From: Candidatus Nanopelagicaceae bacterium
Lineage (GTDB): Bacteria; Actinomycetota; Actinomycetes; Nanopelagicales; Nanopelagicaceae
Reading direction: 5' to 3'
Length of the DNA: 64,000 bases
Assembly: GCA_046091905.1 (NCBI GenBank)
Contig: JBJTCN010000076.1
Coordinates: forward strand, 2,597-66,596
Of this stretch, positions 20,518-29,410 are shown piece after piece (within the stretch, counting starts at the first letter, position 1; each line of letters opens with the position of its first letter). A program made the position numbers and the translations under genes. The notes below the pieces were generated by a model. It did not search any database. It was not told where the DNA came from and saw only the letters and a program-made list of their open reading frames with translations.

Positions 20518-21151
20518 ACTTTTAGTAATAGTTACGGTTGGCAGTCCTTTAGCGCTTCAACCGCTTAATGGAAGCAATCTTTTATCCGCAGCGCTTTCAT
20601 CTGCCTATCAATTCTCTGCCGAAACCAGCATTTCAAATCAATTATATGTCGCGGCGCAAGATTTAAATGCTGTTCGAGAAGCTACTAAAGGTATATCAAT
20701 AAATTTTTTGGACCTTGAATGTGACCCTAATAATCCAATTGAATTGGTAAAAGCAATTCAACCTTTGGAATTTGAAATGGTGGCAATACATGATGCGCAG
20801 CGGCCATTAACGCGAAGTACCCAATTTCATCGCACTTTAGAAGGTTTGTTTGGTTGCGATGCAGTTCGACCAACCATGGCATTTACGGAAACTTTGAAGG
20901 CGGTAAATGAATCATCTGAGCTTACGCACACAATTGATCGGACCAAATTTCGTCGCATTTCGAGCCCAGAAATTATCCGTCGCACAGTAATCGATTTTTC
21001 AGGAGGCGAAAGTAGTTGGATGGTTCCGTTAGTCAAGGAAGCTCGACTTTCAGAAGTAGAAGCAGATCCTGATTCAATTAGAATCAACAACGCAGAAGAA
21101 ATTACGCTGATGGAGGCTTTCCTTCATTGGCAACAGAAGATCGCTAAATAA
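20471..21151 (+). CDS. Degenerate IspD-like protein at the ancestral ispD position (pseudoenzyme or decaying gene)
   Basis: Keeps IspD-like blocks ([32 protein letters not shown]). The CTP-binding loop AAGxGxR...K is replaced by [10 protein letters not shown]. The only canonical start I found upstream of the IspD-like region is the ATG at 20471, which overlaps carD by 47 nt. Confidence 0.55.
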   Translation: MRKKQQLSSTKYLPHKLLVIVTVGSPLALQPLNGSNLLSAALSSAYQFSAETSISNQLYVAAQDLNAVREATKGISINFLDLECDPNNPIELVKAIQPLEFEMVAIHDAQRPLTRSTQFHRTLEGLFGCDAVRPTMAFTETLKAVNESSELTHTIDRTKFRRISSPEIIRRTVIDFSGGESSWMVPLVKEARLSEVEADPDSIRINNAEEITLMEAFLHWQQKIAK

Positions 21152-21161
21152 TTTAGATAAA

Positions 21162-21449
21162 TTACTTACCAAAGAGATTTTTGATCTCTTCCCAGAACTT
21201 CCGTGGCTGACCAAGGGCTTGACCTGGAAATTCAGTAAAAGTCTTCGTAGGGTTGCGCCAAAAGCGGCGCAATAACCTAAATGGCTTTGTTTTAATTCGA
21301 TGCTCTAAATCTTTTACATAAGCAACGCGTAAATCATCAGGCTCATGTTGCACCTTTGTTTTACAAACAGTGCAGGTTGTAGATGCAAGCAAACGGCCGG
21401 CATAAACAAGTTCGTGCACAGTTTCGGTCTTGCAATGTGCGCATTCCAA
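21162..21449 (-). CDS. Zinc-ribbon protein, function unknown
   Basis: CAHC...CTVC pairs in the first 33 residues and a basic C-terminus. Starts 22 nt downstream of ispD on the same strand. Confidence 0.5.
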   Translation of the reverse strand: MECAHCKTETVHELVYAGRLLASTTCTVCKTKVQHEPDDLRVAYVKDLEHRIKTKPFRLLRRFWRNPTKTFTEFPGQALGQPRKFWEEIKNLFGK

Positions 21450-21471
21450 AGTCGCGCTTATTGATTCGTGC

Positions 21472-22164
21472 TTAATCTTTATACCCCCTCTTTGCTAGAA
21501 CGTGTTCGGCAATCGCCAAATCCTGCGGATAGGTAATCTTTACATTTGTCGGTTCGCCTGTCACGGAGTGCGTCTTAATTGATGGAAAGTATCTCTCAAT
21601 ACAGGCACCCGTGTCAGTACCGGTAAATGAATCTTCAGCAGCTTTCAAGTAAGCCGATAGTAGCTCTTTGGCAATAAAACCTTGCGGGGTTTGTACGCGA
21701 ACTACTGGCACGTTCTGTTTAATATCCATTTCAATTGGCTCAACAGTAATCGTCGGAATCGCACCGCCATGTGTAACTGCTTCGGTAGCAATCTCTTTAA
21801 ATAAAGTAGGAGTGGCAAGCGGACGAGCACCATCGTGAATAAGCACCACATCGATTTCGCCCGAATCGATTCCGCTTCGTAAATGTATTAGCGCCTGATA
21901 TTCAGATTCATGGCGGGTTGCACCACCATAAACAATCTCAACTTTTAATTGCGGTACTTCGCGAGCTAAAACTTCTTTAGCCATCGCTTCATCATCTGGG
22001 TGAATAACCAAGACCAGGCGCGCTTTGTTAAAAGGCTTTGCTGCATTAACAAGAGATCTACTAATAATTCGACGGCCAGATAGGGGTAGCCAAACCTTGT
22101 TGGTACTGTGGCCAAAACGGGAACCAGAACCGGCTGCTAAAACAACGACAGCTGTGCGTTTCAT
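21472..22164 (-). CDS. ispD: 2-C-methyl-D-erythritol 4-phosphate cytidylyltransferase IspD (intact motifs)
   Basis: VVVLAAGSGSRFGHSTNKVWLPL, IHDGARPL, RVQTPQGF and VKITYPQDL are all present. Confidence 0.85.
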   Translation of the reverse strand: MKRTAVVVLAAGSGSRFGHSTNKVWLPLSGRRIISRSLVNAAKPFNKARLVLVIHPDDEAMAKEVLAREVPQLKVEIVYGGATRHESEYQALIHLRSGIDSGEIDVVLIHDGARPLATPTLFKEIATEAVTHGGAIPTITVEPIEMDIKQNVPVVRVQTPQGFIAKELLSAYLKAAEDSFTGTDTGACIERYFPSIKTHSVTGEPTNVKITYPQDLAIAEHVLAKRGYKD

Positions 22165-22190
22165 GTCGTAATTGTGGCAGACTTAAACGC

Positions 22191-22454
22191 ATGTGGCTTC
22201 CGAAGAGATTACGTAAGTCCACCGACCCTGTGGCAAAAGCTGCAGAGATAAAGGCTAAATTCGAGGCGAAGCGTAAACAACAGGGGTTATTTACTCCAGC
22301 ACAAGAAGCGTTGATGGATGAACTTGGTTTAAAGCCAGGAAGTAAAAAATCTGAATCGAAATCGAAACGTATTAAAAATACGAAAGCGCGCATTCCTCTG
22401 ACCGCGCGCCAACGTAAATTAGCTGAAGAACTTGGACTTATAAAGCCCGATTAA
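22191..22454 (+). CDS. Hypothetical small basic protein with an internal two-fold repeat
   Basis: 87 aa. Repeats LFTPAQEALMDELGLKP and LTARQRKLAEELGLIKP. It is the only + strand ORF inside the island, and coding status is uncertain. Confidence 0.35.
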   Translation: MWLPKRLRKSTDPVAKAAEIKAKFEAKRKQQGLFTPAQEALMDELGLKPGSKKSESKSKRIKNTKARIPLTARQRKLAEELGLIKPD

Positions 22455-22470
22455 GTTCGATTAATAACTC

Positions 22471-23763
22471 TTAGGCGTAGGTAAGTCCCATCGCATCTTG
22501 CTGGCGACGTAACTTCACGATTAATGAATCTTCATTTAGTTCAACATGATCGTAAGTTAATAGCTCGCCAGCTTTAATTGCTCTAACAATTGTGGCACCT
22601 TGAACCAAACCAATTGGTACCAAATTATCTCGCTTGGCATCCTTTGCAACATCTGCATAACCACGGACTGTGTATCCACCGATACCATCAATCTTGTCGC
22701 CAGGATTTAGTTCCTTCTTGGTCATACATACAACTTCTGCCATCAAACTTTCAGCATAAAGTGAAGATTCGCGATCGATAACAGCGCGTGCAACTGTCAT
22801 TGGAGCCTCTACCGACGCTAAGTGATATGGACGGTATAGCGCGAAATATGGACCAGGGCCCATTGAAAGGTATGACATTTCATGTGCAACATAAGGTGAA
22901 TCTGTTCGAACAATTACGAAAACACCTGGTGCTACATCGCCGGTGCAGTAATCAACTACACCTGGGCGATCTAAAACGCCGCCATCTGCTTGCAATGCGA
23001 AAGTCTCTTGCAGAGTTTTAACTGAAGAAGCCGGGCCATACATACCGCGCTTAGATAGCTCTAGCCCAGTGGTATTTGCCAGCGCTACCATCTCAGTCAT
23101 GGTCTTTGAACCATCAGTGAAAGAGCAGAGCATCTTCGGATTCATCTTCTTTGCATTTGCGCGATCACGTACCGTATCTGGATTGCTAAATGGTTCGAAG
23201 GGATTATTTTTACCTTTTCCAGCACAGACAATTTCAAAATTCAAATCTCTCGCAAAATCAACTAAAACTTTGGCCTCAACTGGTTCATCACCATGGCAGA
23301 CCGCATAGATTGCGCCGTTTTCGACCGCTTTCTTATTTAGCAATGGCCCAATAGTTACATCCATTTCCACGTTTAGCACAGCGATATCTTTCTTCGCCTC
23401 TAGCGCGCTATAGGTGATTTGCGCCCCGATATCCGGAACGCCAGTGCACTCAACAATAAAATCGATAGCTTCTAGGTCGCTAAGGAACTCGGTAGTGGTA
23501 GTTCCGGCTGATTTTCCTTCATTTAGAGCTTTTGCAATCTCTTTGGCGTCATTGCTGATGACTACATCAGAGACGCCAAGATCTTTAAATAGCTCAGTGA
23601 TGCGATTGGTATCAATATCAATAACTAAACGAACTGAAAGTCCTTGCATACGATGAACTTGGTTTCCAAAGCCACGCCCCATCTGACCCGCACCAACTAA
23701 GCCAATTCGAACGTCATGACCCAATTGTTTTGCGTGTTCTAATAATTTGTGACTGTATGCCAC
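22471..23763 (-). CDS. NAD(P)-dependent oxidoreductase of the COG4091 / SAF-domain family (DRL-like, 'predicted homoserine dehydrogenase')
   Basis: N-terminal Rossmann motif IGLVGAGQMGRG. 430 aa. The middle block GKGKNNP...DGSKTM.EM and the C-terminal SAF-like block (IKAGELLTY) are typical of the family that includes Brucella DRL. Family assignment is from motif recognition and no search was run. Confidence 0.6.
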   Translation of the reverse strand: MAYSHKLLEHAKQLGHDVRIGLVGAGQMGRGFGNQVHRMQGLSVRLVIDIDTNRITELFKDLGVSDVVISNDAKEIAKALNEGKSAGTTTTEFLSDLEAIDFIVECTGVPDIGAQITYSALEAKKDIAVLNVEMDVTIGPLLNKKAVENGAIYAVCHGDEPVEAKVLVDFARDLNFEIVCAGKGKNNPFEPFSNPDTVRDRANAKKMNPKMLCSFTDGSKTMTEMVALANTTGLELSKRGMYGPASSVKTLQETFALQADGGVLDRPGVVDYCTGDVAPGVFVIVRTDSPYVAHEMSYLSMGPGPYFALYRPYHLASVEAPMTVARAVIDRESSLYAESLMAEVVCMTKKELNPGDKIDGIGGYTVRGYADVAKDAKRDNLVPIGLVQGATIVRAIKAGELLTYDHVELNEDSLIVKLRRQQDAMGLTYA

Positions 23764-23793
23764 TTTATACTTCCTCGTTCTCTTAGCGGACTT

Positions 23794-24159
23794 TTAGTTT
23801 CTTGCAATAATTTCGAACTTATCGCCAACATTAATTATTGGCATTGGTCGAGCTTCAATATTGGTATCACCAGGAAGCTCAGCTTCATTTAATCCATTTG
23901 CCTTTAAATCTAAGTGCCCCAAATTTAATAAATTTTCAGAAACAACCGAACCAACTGCAAGCACATTGAATTCTTCATTGTTAATTCGTATTAAATCGCC
24001 AACTAATGGAGCTCGTTGGCTAATTTCAACTTTGTGTAGTACCGAAAAGTCGTGAAGCTCTTCGGGAGCGCCTTCGCCAAAGAACACAAGAATTCCTTGA
24101 TCTCGAAAATCTGATACTAATTCTCCGACTGCGGTGACCGTAGTTGAATAAACGACCAT
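23794..24159 (-). CDS. srlB: PTS glucitol/sorbitol-family EIIA component
   Basis: 121 aa. FGEGAPEEL...AVGSVVSENLLNLGHLDLKANGLNEAELPG is colinear with E. coli SrlB. Confidence 0.85.
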   Translation of the reverse strand: MVVYSTTVTAVGELVSDFRDQGILVFFGEGAPEELHDFSVLHKVEISQRAPLVGDLIRINNEEFNVLAVGSVVSENLLNLGHLDLKANGLNEAELPGDTNIEARPMPIINVGDKFEIIARN

Positions 24160-24530
24160 TACGCCGGCTTGATGTTTTCGGGCTTTACTCCAGATACGAA
24201 GAGATCTTTGGTGATAAACATCGCAAGTGGCCCAGCAGGGCTAGCCGCGTGGATATCAACTGTAAGCACTTTCTTCATTGGATAAACACCGACGCGGGCA
24301 GTACCGCCGCAGTCAATAACTGCAACTGCAATCTCATCAAATGGCTTTGAAGATTTGAAACCATCGAATGGCTCGCCGCCAGTGGCATCTGCAATTGCTT
24401 GTGCCACCGGATGTATTCCACCACCTGTTACAGAATAAATATATTTCTTTTTATCGGTTGGCAGGACTTCAAGTGGGCCGCCCCAGCCACCTTTACCTGC
24501 TTCAATAATGACTTTTTTATAATTTCCCAT
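24159..24530 (-). CDS. srlE: PTS glucitol-family EIIB domain protein (equivalent to the N-terminal third of SrlE)
   Basis: GKGGWGGPLEV and AVAVIDCGGTARVGVYP (phospho-Cys motif). It has its own AGGAG RBS. Confidence 0.85.
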   Translation of the reverse strand: MGNYKKVIIEAGKGGWGGPLEVLPTDKKKYIYSVTGGGIHPVAQAIADATGGEPFDGFKSSKPFDEIAVAVIDCGGTARVGVYPMKKVLTVDIHAASPAGPLAMFITKDLFVSGVKPENIKPA

Positions 24531-24585
24531 TGTAACTCCTAGATATTTACCTTAGTAATTGAGTGAATCTTACGTACTAAGTAAT

Positions 24586-24621
24586 CGAGGGCCAAAGTGA
24601 ATTTCTCCACTCTGGCCCTCG
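24586..24621 (-). promoter_or_regulatory. Strong intra-operon hairpin between the EIIC2 and EIIB genes
   Basis: CGAGGGCCAAAGTG-(8 nt)-CACTCTGGCCCTCG, 13/14 bp paired. It starts 8 nt after the EIIC2 stop. No U-tract follows on the minus strand. Confidence 0.5.
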
Positions 24622-24629
24622 AATACTCT

Positions 24630-25178
24630 TTATTTACTTACGGAGTAAAGTCCAAAGCTTGCAAAGTAAGCAATTACTACTGAAAGCGGACCGGTTACCA
24701 AGCGGCTAAATAGAACCGCAGGCACACCAACTTCAACAGTCTCTGGTTCAGCTTCGCCAAGAGCGAGACCTACCGGAATAAAGTCGCAACCAACCTGTGG
24801 GTTGATTGCAAATAGTGCTGGTAATGCGTATTGGGCAGGAATATTTCCCTTGCCGATTTCCACACCAAGCAGAGTTCCAACGATCTGTGCAATAACAGCT
24901 CCTGGTCCAAGCAATGGAGATAGAACTGGAAGAGCACAAACGATTGAGATTAATAGCAAACCTGGAAGTGAAGAAGCGGAACCCTTGATTCCCTTTGCAA
25001 TCCAGTCGCCGACACCGGTTGTAAGAATTAAACCGATGATGAAAGAGATAAACGCCATAAATGGAATGACGTTACGAATTACTGTATCAACAGTGTCACG
25101 ACCAGCCTGATAGAGAGTTCCAACTACTCCACCAACGCTGCGGCCGATTCTTGTAAGAAATGCGCTAATGCCACCCAT
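24630..25178 (-). CDS. srlE: PTS glucitol-family EIIC2 membrane component (equivalent to the C-terminal part of SrlE)
   Basis: FLTRIGRSVGGVVGTLYQAGRDTVDTVIRNVIPFMAFISF resembles the SrlE membrane half. It has its own GGAGG RBS. Confidence 0.8.
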   Translation of the reverse strand: MGGISAFLTRIGRSVGGVVGTLYQAGRDTVDTVIRNVIPFMAFISFIIGLILTTGVGDWIAKGIKGSASSLPGLLLISIVCALPVLSPLLGPGAVIAQIVGTLLGVEIGKGNIPAQYALPALFAINPQVGCDFIPVGLALGEAEPETVEVGVPAVLFSRLVTGPLSVVIAYFASFGLYSVSK

Positions 25179-25182
25179 GTTC

Positions 25183-25779
25183 TTATGCCTCCTTCTTCGC
25201 CATCATGCGAGCGGTAATCCACTCAGTCACGATGCCGCGAATAAAGATAACTACTAGGCCAACAAGTAAGTAACGAACTGCTAGGTCTCCAAGACCTAAA
25301 CCAAGTTGCGTAATACCTGTTGCAATACCTACATACACGAACAATTCGCCTGGGTTTGCGTGAGGGAAAATTCCCAGGATTGGGTGAACGAATGAAACAG
25401 CAGAATCGTAGAAAGCTGGCTTGTAACGCTCTGGTAAGAAGCGTCCCATTGTGTATGCCATTGGGTTTGTTAATACGAATACCGCTACGAAAGGAAGAAT
25501 GATGTAACGAACTGGGTACCACTGGATACCTGGTCGCGCAGCAGCCTTACCTAAGTTTTCAATCTTCTCAGGTCCGATGATTCGAACGAGAGCGTTTACA
25601 GCAGTTAGCAGCACAACAAGAGTTGGAAGAATTCCGCCCATAAGTGAGAGCAGAACTGATCCACCTTTGTTGAAAACTTTAATAAAGTCTTCAGCTGCCG
25701 TAGCCAATGCGCCAAGTACGCCGGTTGGCTTATCAACGGTTACCTCCGCTAAGCGGTAACCAACTGATAGTAGGTTCAA
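25183..25779 (-). CDS. srlA: PTS glucitol-family EIIC1 component
   Basis: GRFLPERYKPAFY...FPHANPGELFVYVGIATG matches SrlA. TTG start with GGAGG 6 nt upstream. Confidence 0.85.
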   Translation of the reverse strand: MNLLSVGYRLAEVTVDKPTGVLGALATAAEDFIKVFNKGGSVLLSLMGGILPTLVVLLTAVNALVRIIGPEKIENLGKAAARPGIQWYPVRYIILPFVAVFVLTNPMAYTMGRFLPERYKPAFYDSAVSFVHPILGIFPHANPGELFVYVGIATGITQLGLGLGDLAVRYLLVGLVVIFIRGIVTEWITARMMAKKEA

Positions 25780-25860
25780 TGCACACCTCCTAAGTGTGTC
25801 GTGGGATCAATAAGTCAGTTACGACTTATTGGAAACAAACGCCCGTACGGTGATCGTTTG

Positions 25861-26277
25861 CTATTCCGCATCGTCAGATTTACTGCGATTAATATGAGCA
25901 TCGATATGTTCTGCCGCCATCCGTGTAGCGTCAGTTATCTTCTGCTTTCTATTCGCAGCAACTCGGTCGCCCGAGATTATTTCTTTGATGTGGAATCCTT
26001 TGTAATCAGTAAAGGGCTTACCTTTTGCCATTACTGTGATGCCGGTAAGTAGTAATCCATCGGAAACTACTCCGTTTTTATCTGCTAAAAGTGCAACATA
26101 TGAGCGACCACCGCGATAGCGCCTGCCACCTACTCCGATTGCGACAATACCGCCGTCGATGCTTTTACGAAGGTCTGCTAACTGTTTCTGAAAACGATTG
26201 GCTTGCCGCCAAGCTAGAAATAACTGGAAAGCCCAGGCAATACCTAGAACTGTAAATAGCGTACCTAGACCGCTCAT
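25861..26277 (-). CDS. gutM: GutM-like glucitol operon activator
   Basis: N-terminal TM segment plus AWRQANRFQK, and a GutM-like length if started at MSGLGTLF (ATG at 26275-26277, ATGA overlap with the sorC stop). The ORF-track start at 26328 is unlikely. Confidence 0.65.
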   Translation of the reverse strand: MSGLGTLFTVLGIAWAFQLFLAWRQANRFQKQLADLRKSIDGGIVAIGVGGRRYRGGRSYVALLADKNGVVSDGLLLTGITVMAKGKPFTDYKGFHIKEIISGDRVAANRKQKITDATRMAAEHIDAHINRSKSDDAE

Positions 26278-27272
26278 GCTGTTCGTGCCTCCGAGCCAGA
26301 TAAAAATTTCAAAATAGCATTTGCACAAGCCAAATCTAAAATTAATTGATCAACTAATTTGCTGCGAGCAGCTCCTACAACTCCAAGCACTTTATCTGCA
26401 CCTGTAGCCACACCAATTACCCGAGGAATTTTTCTAACTTCATCTAAAGAAAGCCCTATGACTCGGCTATCAATGGCAGTTGAAAGGATTTTGCCTTGCG
26501 CATTATAAAAACGCGCTGCGATATCACCTGCCATATTTCTAAAAATAGATTCACGTTCAGACTTGGGTAAGCCAAATTCCTCGACCAACATCTCAGAAGA
26601 TGTAGATCCTGCAGAGCCAATGCCTACCAGTGCAACGTCCGCTTTACGTGCCACATTTAAAACTCTAGTAACTGCTGGTTCGGCCATTAACGAATCGCGA
26701 GTTTTCTGTGAGCTCACTACAACTGGTGCGCTAAAAGGTATGAAATCTGCATTTAAGTTACGAGCAAGTGTGCGGCCTACTTCTTCAGCGCTTACCGATG
26801 TAATCACATTGGACATAGAGCCCATTAATTGAGTAACCTTCAAACCGGGAAGGCTATCTTTGCGACAATTAACTACAGTAGCTTCAAGACCGCGCCCCCA
26901 AGAAATCGCAATAGTTTGATTGGCCCTTAAACCTTTTTGCAATGTTTGCGCAGCGCTTCTACCTACGGCATTTAAAGCTAAGTCATTTCTATCAGGGGCG
27001 ATAACTTGTATTTCATCAATTCCAAGCTTTTCGATTAATTGTTGCGCTAGATAATCATGTCGAGATGTAGGCGCAATGATTCGAATTTCAACGTAACCTA
27101 AACGTTTCGCCGCGGTAAGCATTCTGGAGATATTTGAACGAGAAGTATTTAATTTAGAAGCAACTTGATCTTGTGAAAGCTCATCTTCGTAATAAAGGCG
27201 CGCGGCTTGCAAAATAAGCTCGGTTTCGCGCTGTTTCATCAAGATCCGATCTACCTGATCTACTTTGACCAA
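26274..27272 (-). CDS. SorC-family sugar-binding transcriptional regulator
   Basis: LQAARLYYEDELSQDQVASKLNTSRSNISRMLTAAKRLGYVEIRI HTH region, plus a sugar-phosphate binding domain. Confidence 0.85.
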   Translation of the reverse strand: MVKVDQVDRILMKQRETELILQAARLYYEDELSQDQVASKLNTSRSNISRMLTAAKRLGYVEIRIIAPTSRHDYLAQQLIEKLGIDEIQVIAPDRNDLALNAVGRSAAQTLQKGLRANQTIAISWGRGLEATVVNCRKDSLPGLKVTQLMGSMSNVITSVSAEEVGRTLARNLNADFIPFSAPVVVSSQKTRDSLMAEPAVTRVLNVARKADVALVGIGSAGSTSSEMLVEEFGLPKSERESIFRNMAGDIAARFYNAQGKILSTAIDSRVIGLSLDEVRKIPRVIGVATGADKVLGVVGAARSKLVDQLILDLACANAILKFLSGSEARTA

Positions 27273-27306
27273 GTTTTAACCTTAGTTGTCCTGCGGGTTG
27301 GCGATA

Positions 27307-27377
27307 GTGTGCTCCAGCACACAGTTGCGGTCAAGGACATTTGTGAGCGTTTTTGTGAATTACTGGCACGTACGTGC
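27307..27377. promoter_or_regulatory. Two perfect palindromes between the E2 stop and the sorC start
   Basis: GTGTGCT-CC-AGCACAC (27307-27322) and GCACGTACGTGC (27366-27377). Confidence 0.35.
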
Positions 27378-27380
27378 AGA

Positions 27381-28421
27381 TTAAATGTGGGCAATGAGGT
27401 GATCTAACAAGTTGGCTCCATCATAAAAATCAAGCGCTCGCAGGTCGATAGTCAGTGAAAGCGAGAGCGCGCCCTGCAAATCCACGCCGACATTTAGCGC
27501 CGTGCTTTGATTTGGAAAGAGCACTGGCCTATTGGATGCCATCTTGTAACTTGTTAAATCAAAGATGGTGGTGGTGGCGCCGTTTAACATTGCAAGTGGA
27601 ACTTTGCCATTCATAGCTTGTTCGGTAGTTGTTGCGACTAATTGGATCAGAGAAGTAAAATCCAATTGGTCTGGGTTTTTAAATACGGGAAGAGCACTTC
27701 CGTACTTTGATTCGATAATTAATGCGACACCAATATCCGTTAATCCGAAACCTCTTAAAGTCTTTGCCCAATTAGCTAGCAAGTTGGCATGCCACTCAGC
27801 TTGGCCTGCGGAGCGCTTCTGCACTGCGCGAGTAAATGAAGTCTGTGCAATGCCCAAGTTCATCTCAATGCCCTTGGCAATTAGAGCTTTATTGGCTTCT
27901 TTTCGAGCTGTGATTGCTGGGTCAATATTCGAATTTAAAACATCTTCGTAAGAGATTGTTTCAAATGGCCCCGTTGGATGAATAGTTTTCAGATCTATTC
28001 CCTTTTCCGTCGCTAGCTTTCTTGCAGCAGGTACGGATTTTGGGTTGTCATTTATAATTACAGAATCTGCTACTACAGGGGCAACTGGAGTCGCAACCAC
28101 AGGTGGAACCCCTGCCTCACTTGCATTGTCGTTGGGCTCGGACATATCGAAATCAAAACTCAAGATTTGAGATTGGGTCTCCATAATCAAAACGGGTTTA
28201 CCAATTTCCAACACTGCACCAGGTGCTGCAACCAGTTTTTCGACTATTCCATCAGCAGGAGCTTCGACTTCCATGTCAATCTTGTCGGTCATTACTTCAA
28301 AAAGCACGTCTCCAGCTTTCACTTCTTGTCCTTCAGAGACATGAAAACCAATTAATTCGCCGGTTTCCATAGTCATGCTCATCTTTGGCATCACAACTGT
28401 GTGCTTGAAACTCATCGCCAC
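27381..28421 (-). CDS. Lipoyl-domain E2-like protein with a shortened, motif-eroded acyltransferase core
   Basis: The lipoyl domain is intact ([17 protein letters not shown]) and a peripheral subunit-binding domain is present ([14 protein letters not shown]). The core has [10 protein letters not shown] where GGTFTISNLG is expected, and [10 protein letters not shown] where DHRxxDG is expected. Confidence 0.75.
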   Translation of the reverse strand: MAMSFKHTVVMPKMSMTMETGELIGFHVSEGQEVKAGDVLFEVMTDKIDMEVEAPADGIVEKLVAAPGAVLEIGKPVLIMETQSQILSFDFDMSEPNDNASEAGVPPVVATPVAPVVADSVIINDNPKSVPAARKLATEKGIDLKTIHPTGPFETISYEDVLNSNIDPAITARKEANKALIAKGIEMNLGIAQTSFTRAVQKRSAGQAEWHANLLANWAKTLRGFGLTDIGVALIIESKYGSALPVFKNPDQLDFTSLIQLVATTTEQAMNGKVPLAMLNGATTTIFDLTSYKMASNRPVLFPNQSTALNVGVDLQGALSLSLTIDLRALDFYDGANLLDHLIAHI

Positions 28422-29410
28422 TGCCTAACAATTTCTACAGCAGCGGCGTAAATATCTTCAACTTGTGGTACCGCAGCTTTTTCAAGTTGTGGCGCGTAAG
28501 GAATTGGAATATTTAGACCAGCAAGTTTCTTAATAGGCGCTTTTAATGACCCAAAAACATGTGAACCTGCAACTTGGGCCACAATTTCATTGATAAAGCC
28601 ACCATGTGATGGACCTTCTTGGACGACCAATAAACGACCAGTAGAAGTTACTGAATCAAAAGTTGTCGTCATATCAAGCGGAGAAATAGTGCGCGGATCG
28701 ATAACAGTTAATTCGATACCTTCAGATGCGAGTTTCTCTGCTGCTTCGAGAGCTTTCATTACCATAATTCCGGTAGCGACTACAGTTAAATCTTTACCAG
28801 TACGAATTACTCGACTTACACCAAGTGGAATTCGGGTATTCCCTTCAGGCACAGCCTCCCAGCCAGGAGTTTTGTACAGCAATTTGTGTTCTAGGAAAAC
28901 AACTGGATTAGGATCATCAATTGCGGAAAGTAAAAGTCCTTTTGCATCTGAAGGATTTGATGGAACTACAACTTTTAATCCTGGAACATTGGTAAACCAA
29001 TTCTCAACAATCTGTGAATGTTGTGCCGCCGCACCGGTACCTGAACCTTGTGGAGCGCGGATAACCATCGGAACATGTAGCGCGCCACCTAACATAAAGT
29101 GAATTTTCGCCGCTTGGTTTGCAATTTGATCCATTGCTTGTGCAGAAAAGTCAGAGAATTGAATTTCTGCAATCGGGCGCATTCCAGAAAGTGCAGCACC
29201 TACCGCTGCTCCAATGTATCCAAGTTCAGAGATTGGTGTATCGATTACGCGATCTGCACCAAACTTTTCAAACATTCCAGCAGAGACACCAAATGCGCCG
29301 CCATAAATACCGACATCTTCGCCCATTAAAAACACTTCTGGACGTTCTTCCATGGCAATGGTCATTGCTTCACGAACAGCTTCTGCCATGGTCAACATGC
29401 GATCTGACAC
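28412..29410 (-). CDS. acoB: TPP-dependent 2-oxoacid/acetoin dehydrogenase E1 beta subunit
   Basis: MAEAVREAM...FLMGEDVG...VIDTPISE pattern. 10-nt overlap with the E2 gene. Confidence 0.8.
   Translation of the reverse strand: MSDRMLTMAEAVREAMTIAMEERPEVFLMGEDVGIYGGAFGVSAGMFEKFGADRVIDTPISELGYIGAAVGAALSGMRPIAEIQFSDFSAQAMDQIANQAAKIHFMLGGALHVPMVIRAPQGSGTGAAAQHSQIVENWFTNVPGLKVVVPSNPSDAKGLLLSAIDDPNPVVFLEHKLLYKTPGWEAVPEGNTRIPLGVSRVIRTGKDLTVVATGIMVMKALEAAEKLASEGIELTVIDPRTISPLDMTTTFDSVTSTGRLLVVQEGPSHGGFINEIVAQVAGSHVFGSLKAPIKKLAGLNIPIPYAPQLEKAAVPQVEDIYAAAVEIVRQWR

Noticed and set aside
22061-22393. 110-aa minus-strand ORF bridging the ispD start and the spacer.
   Set aside because: It overlaps the supported ispD 5' end out of frame and has no motifs.
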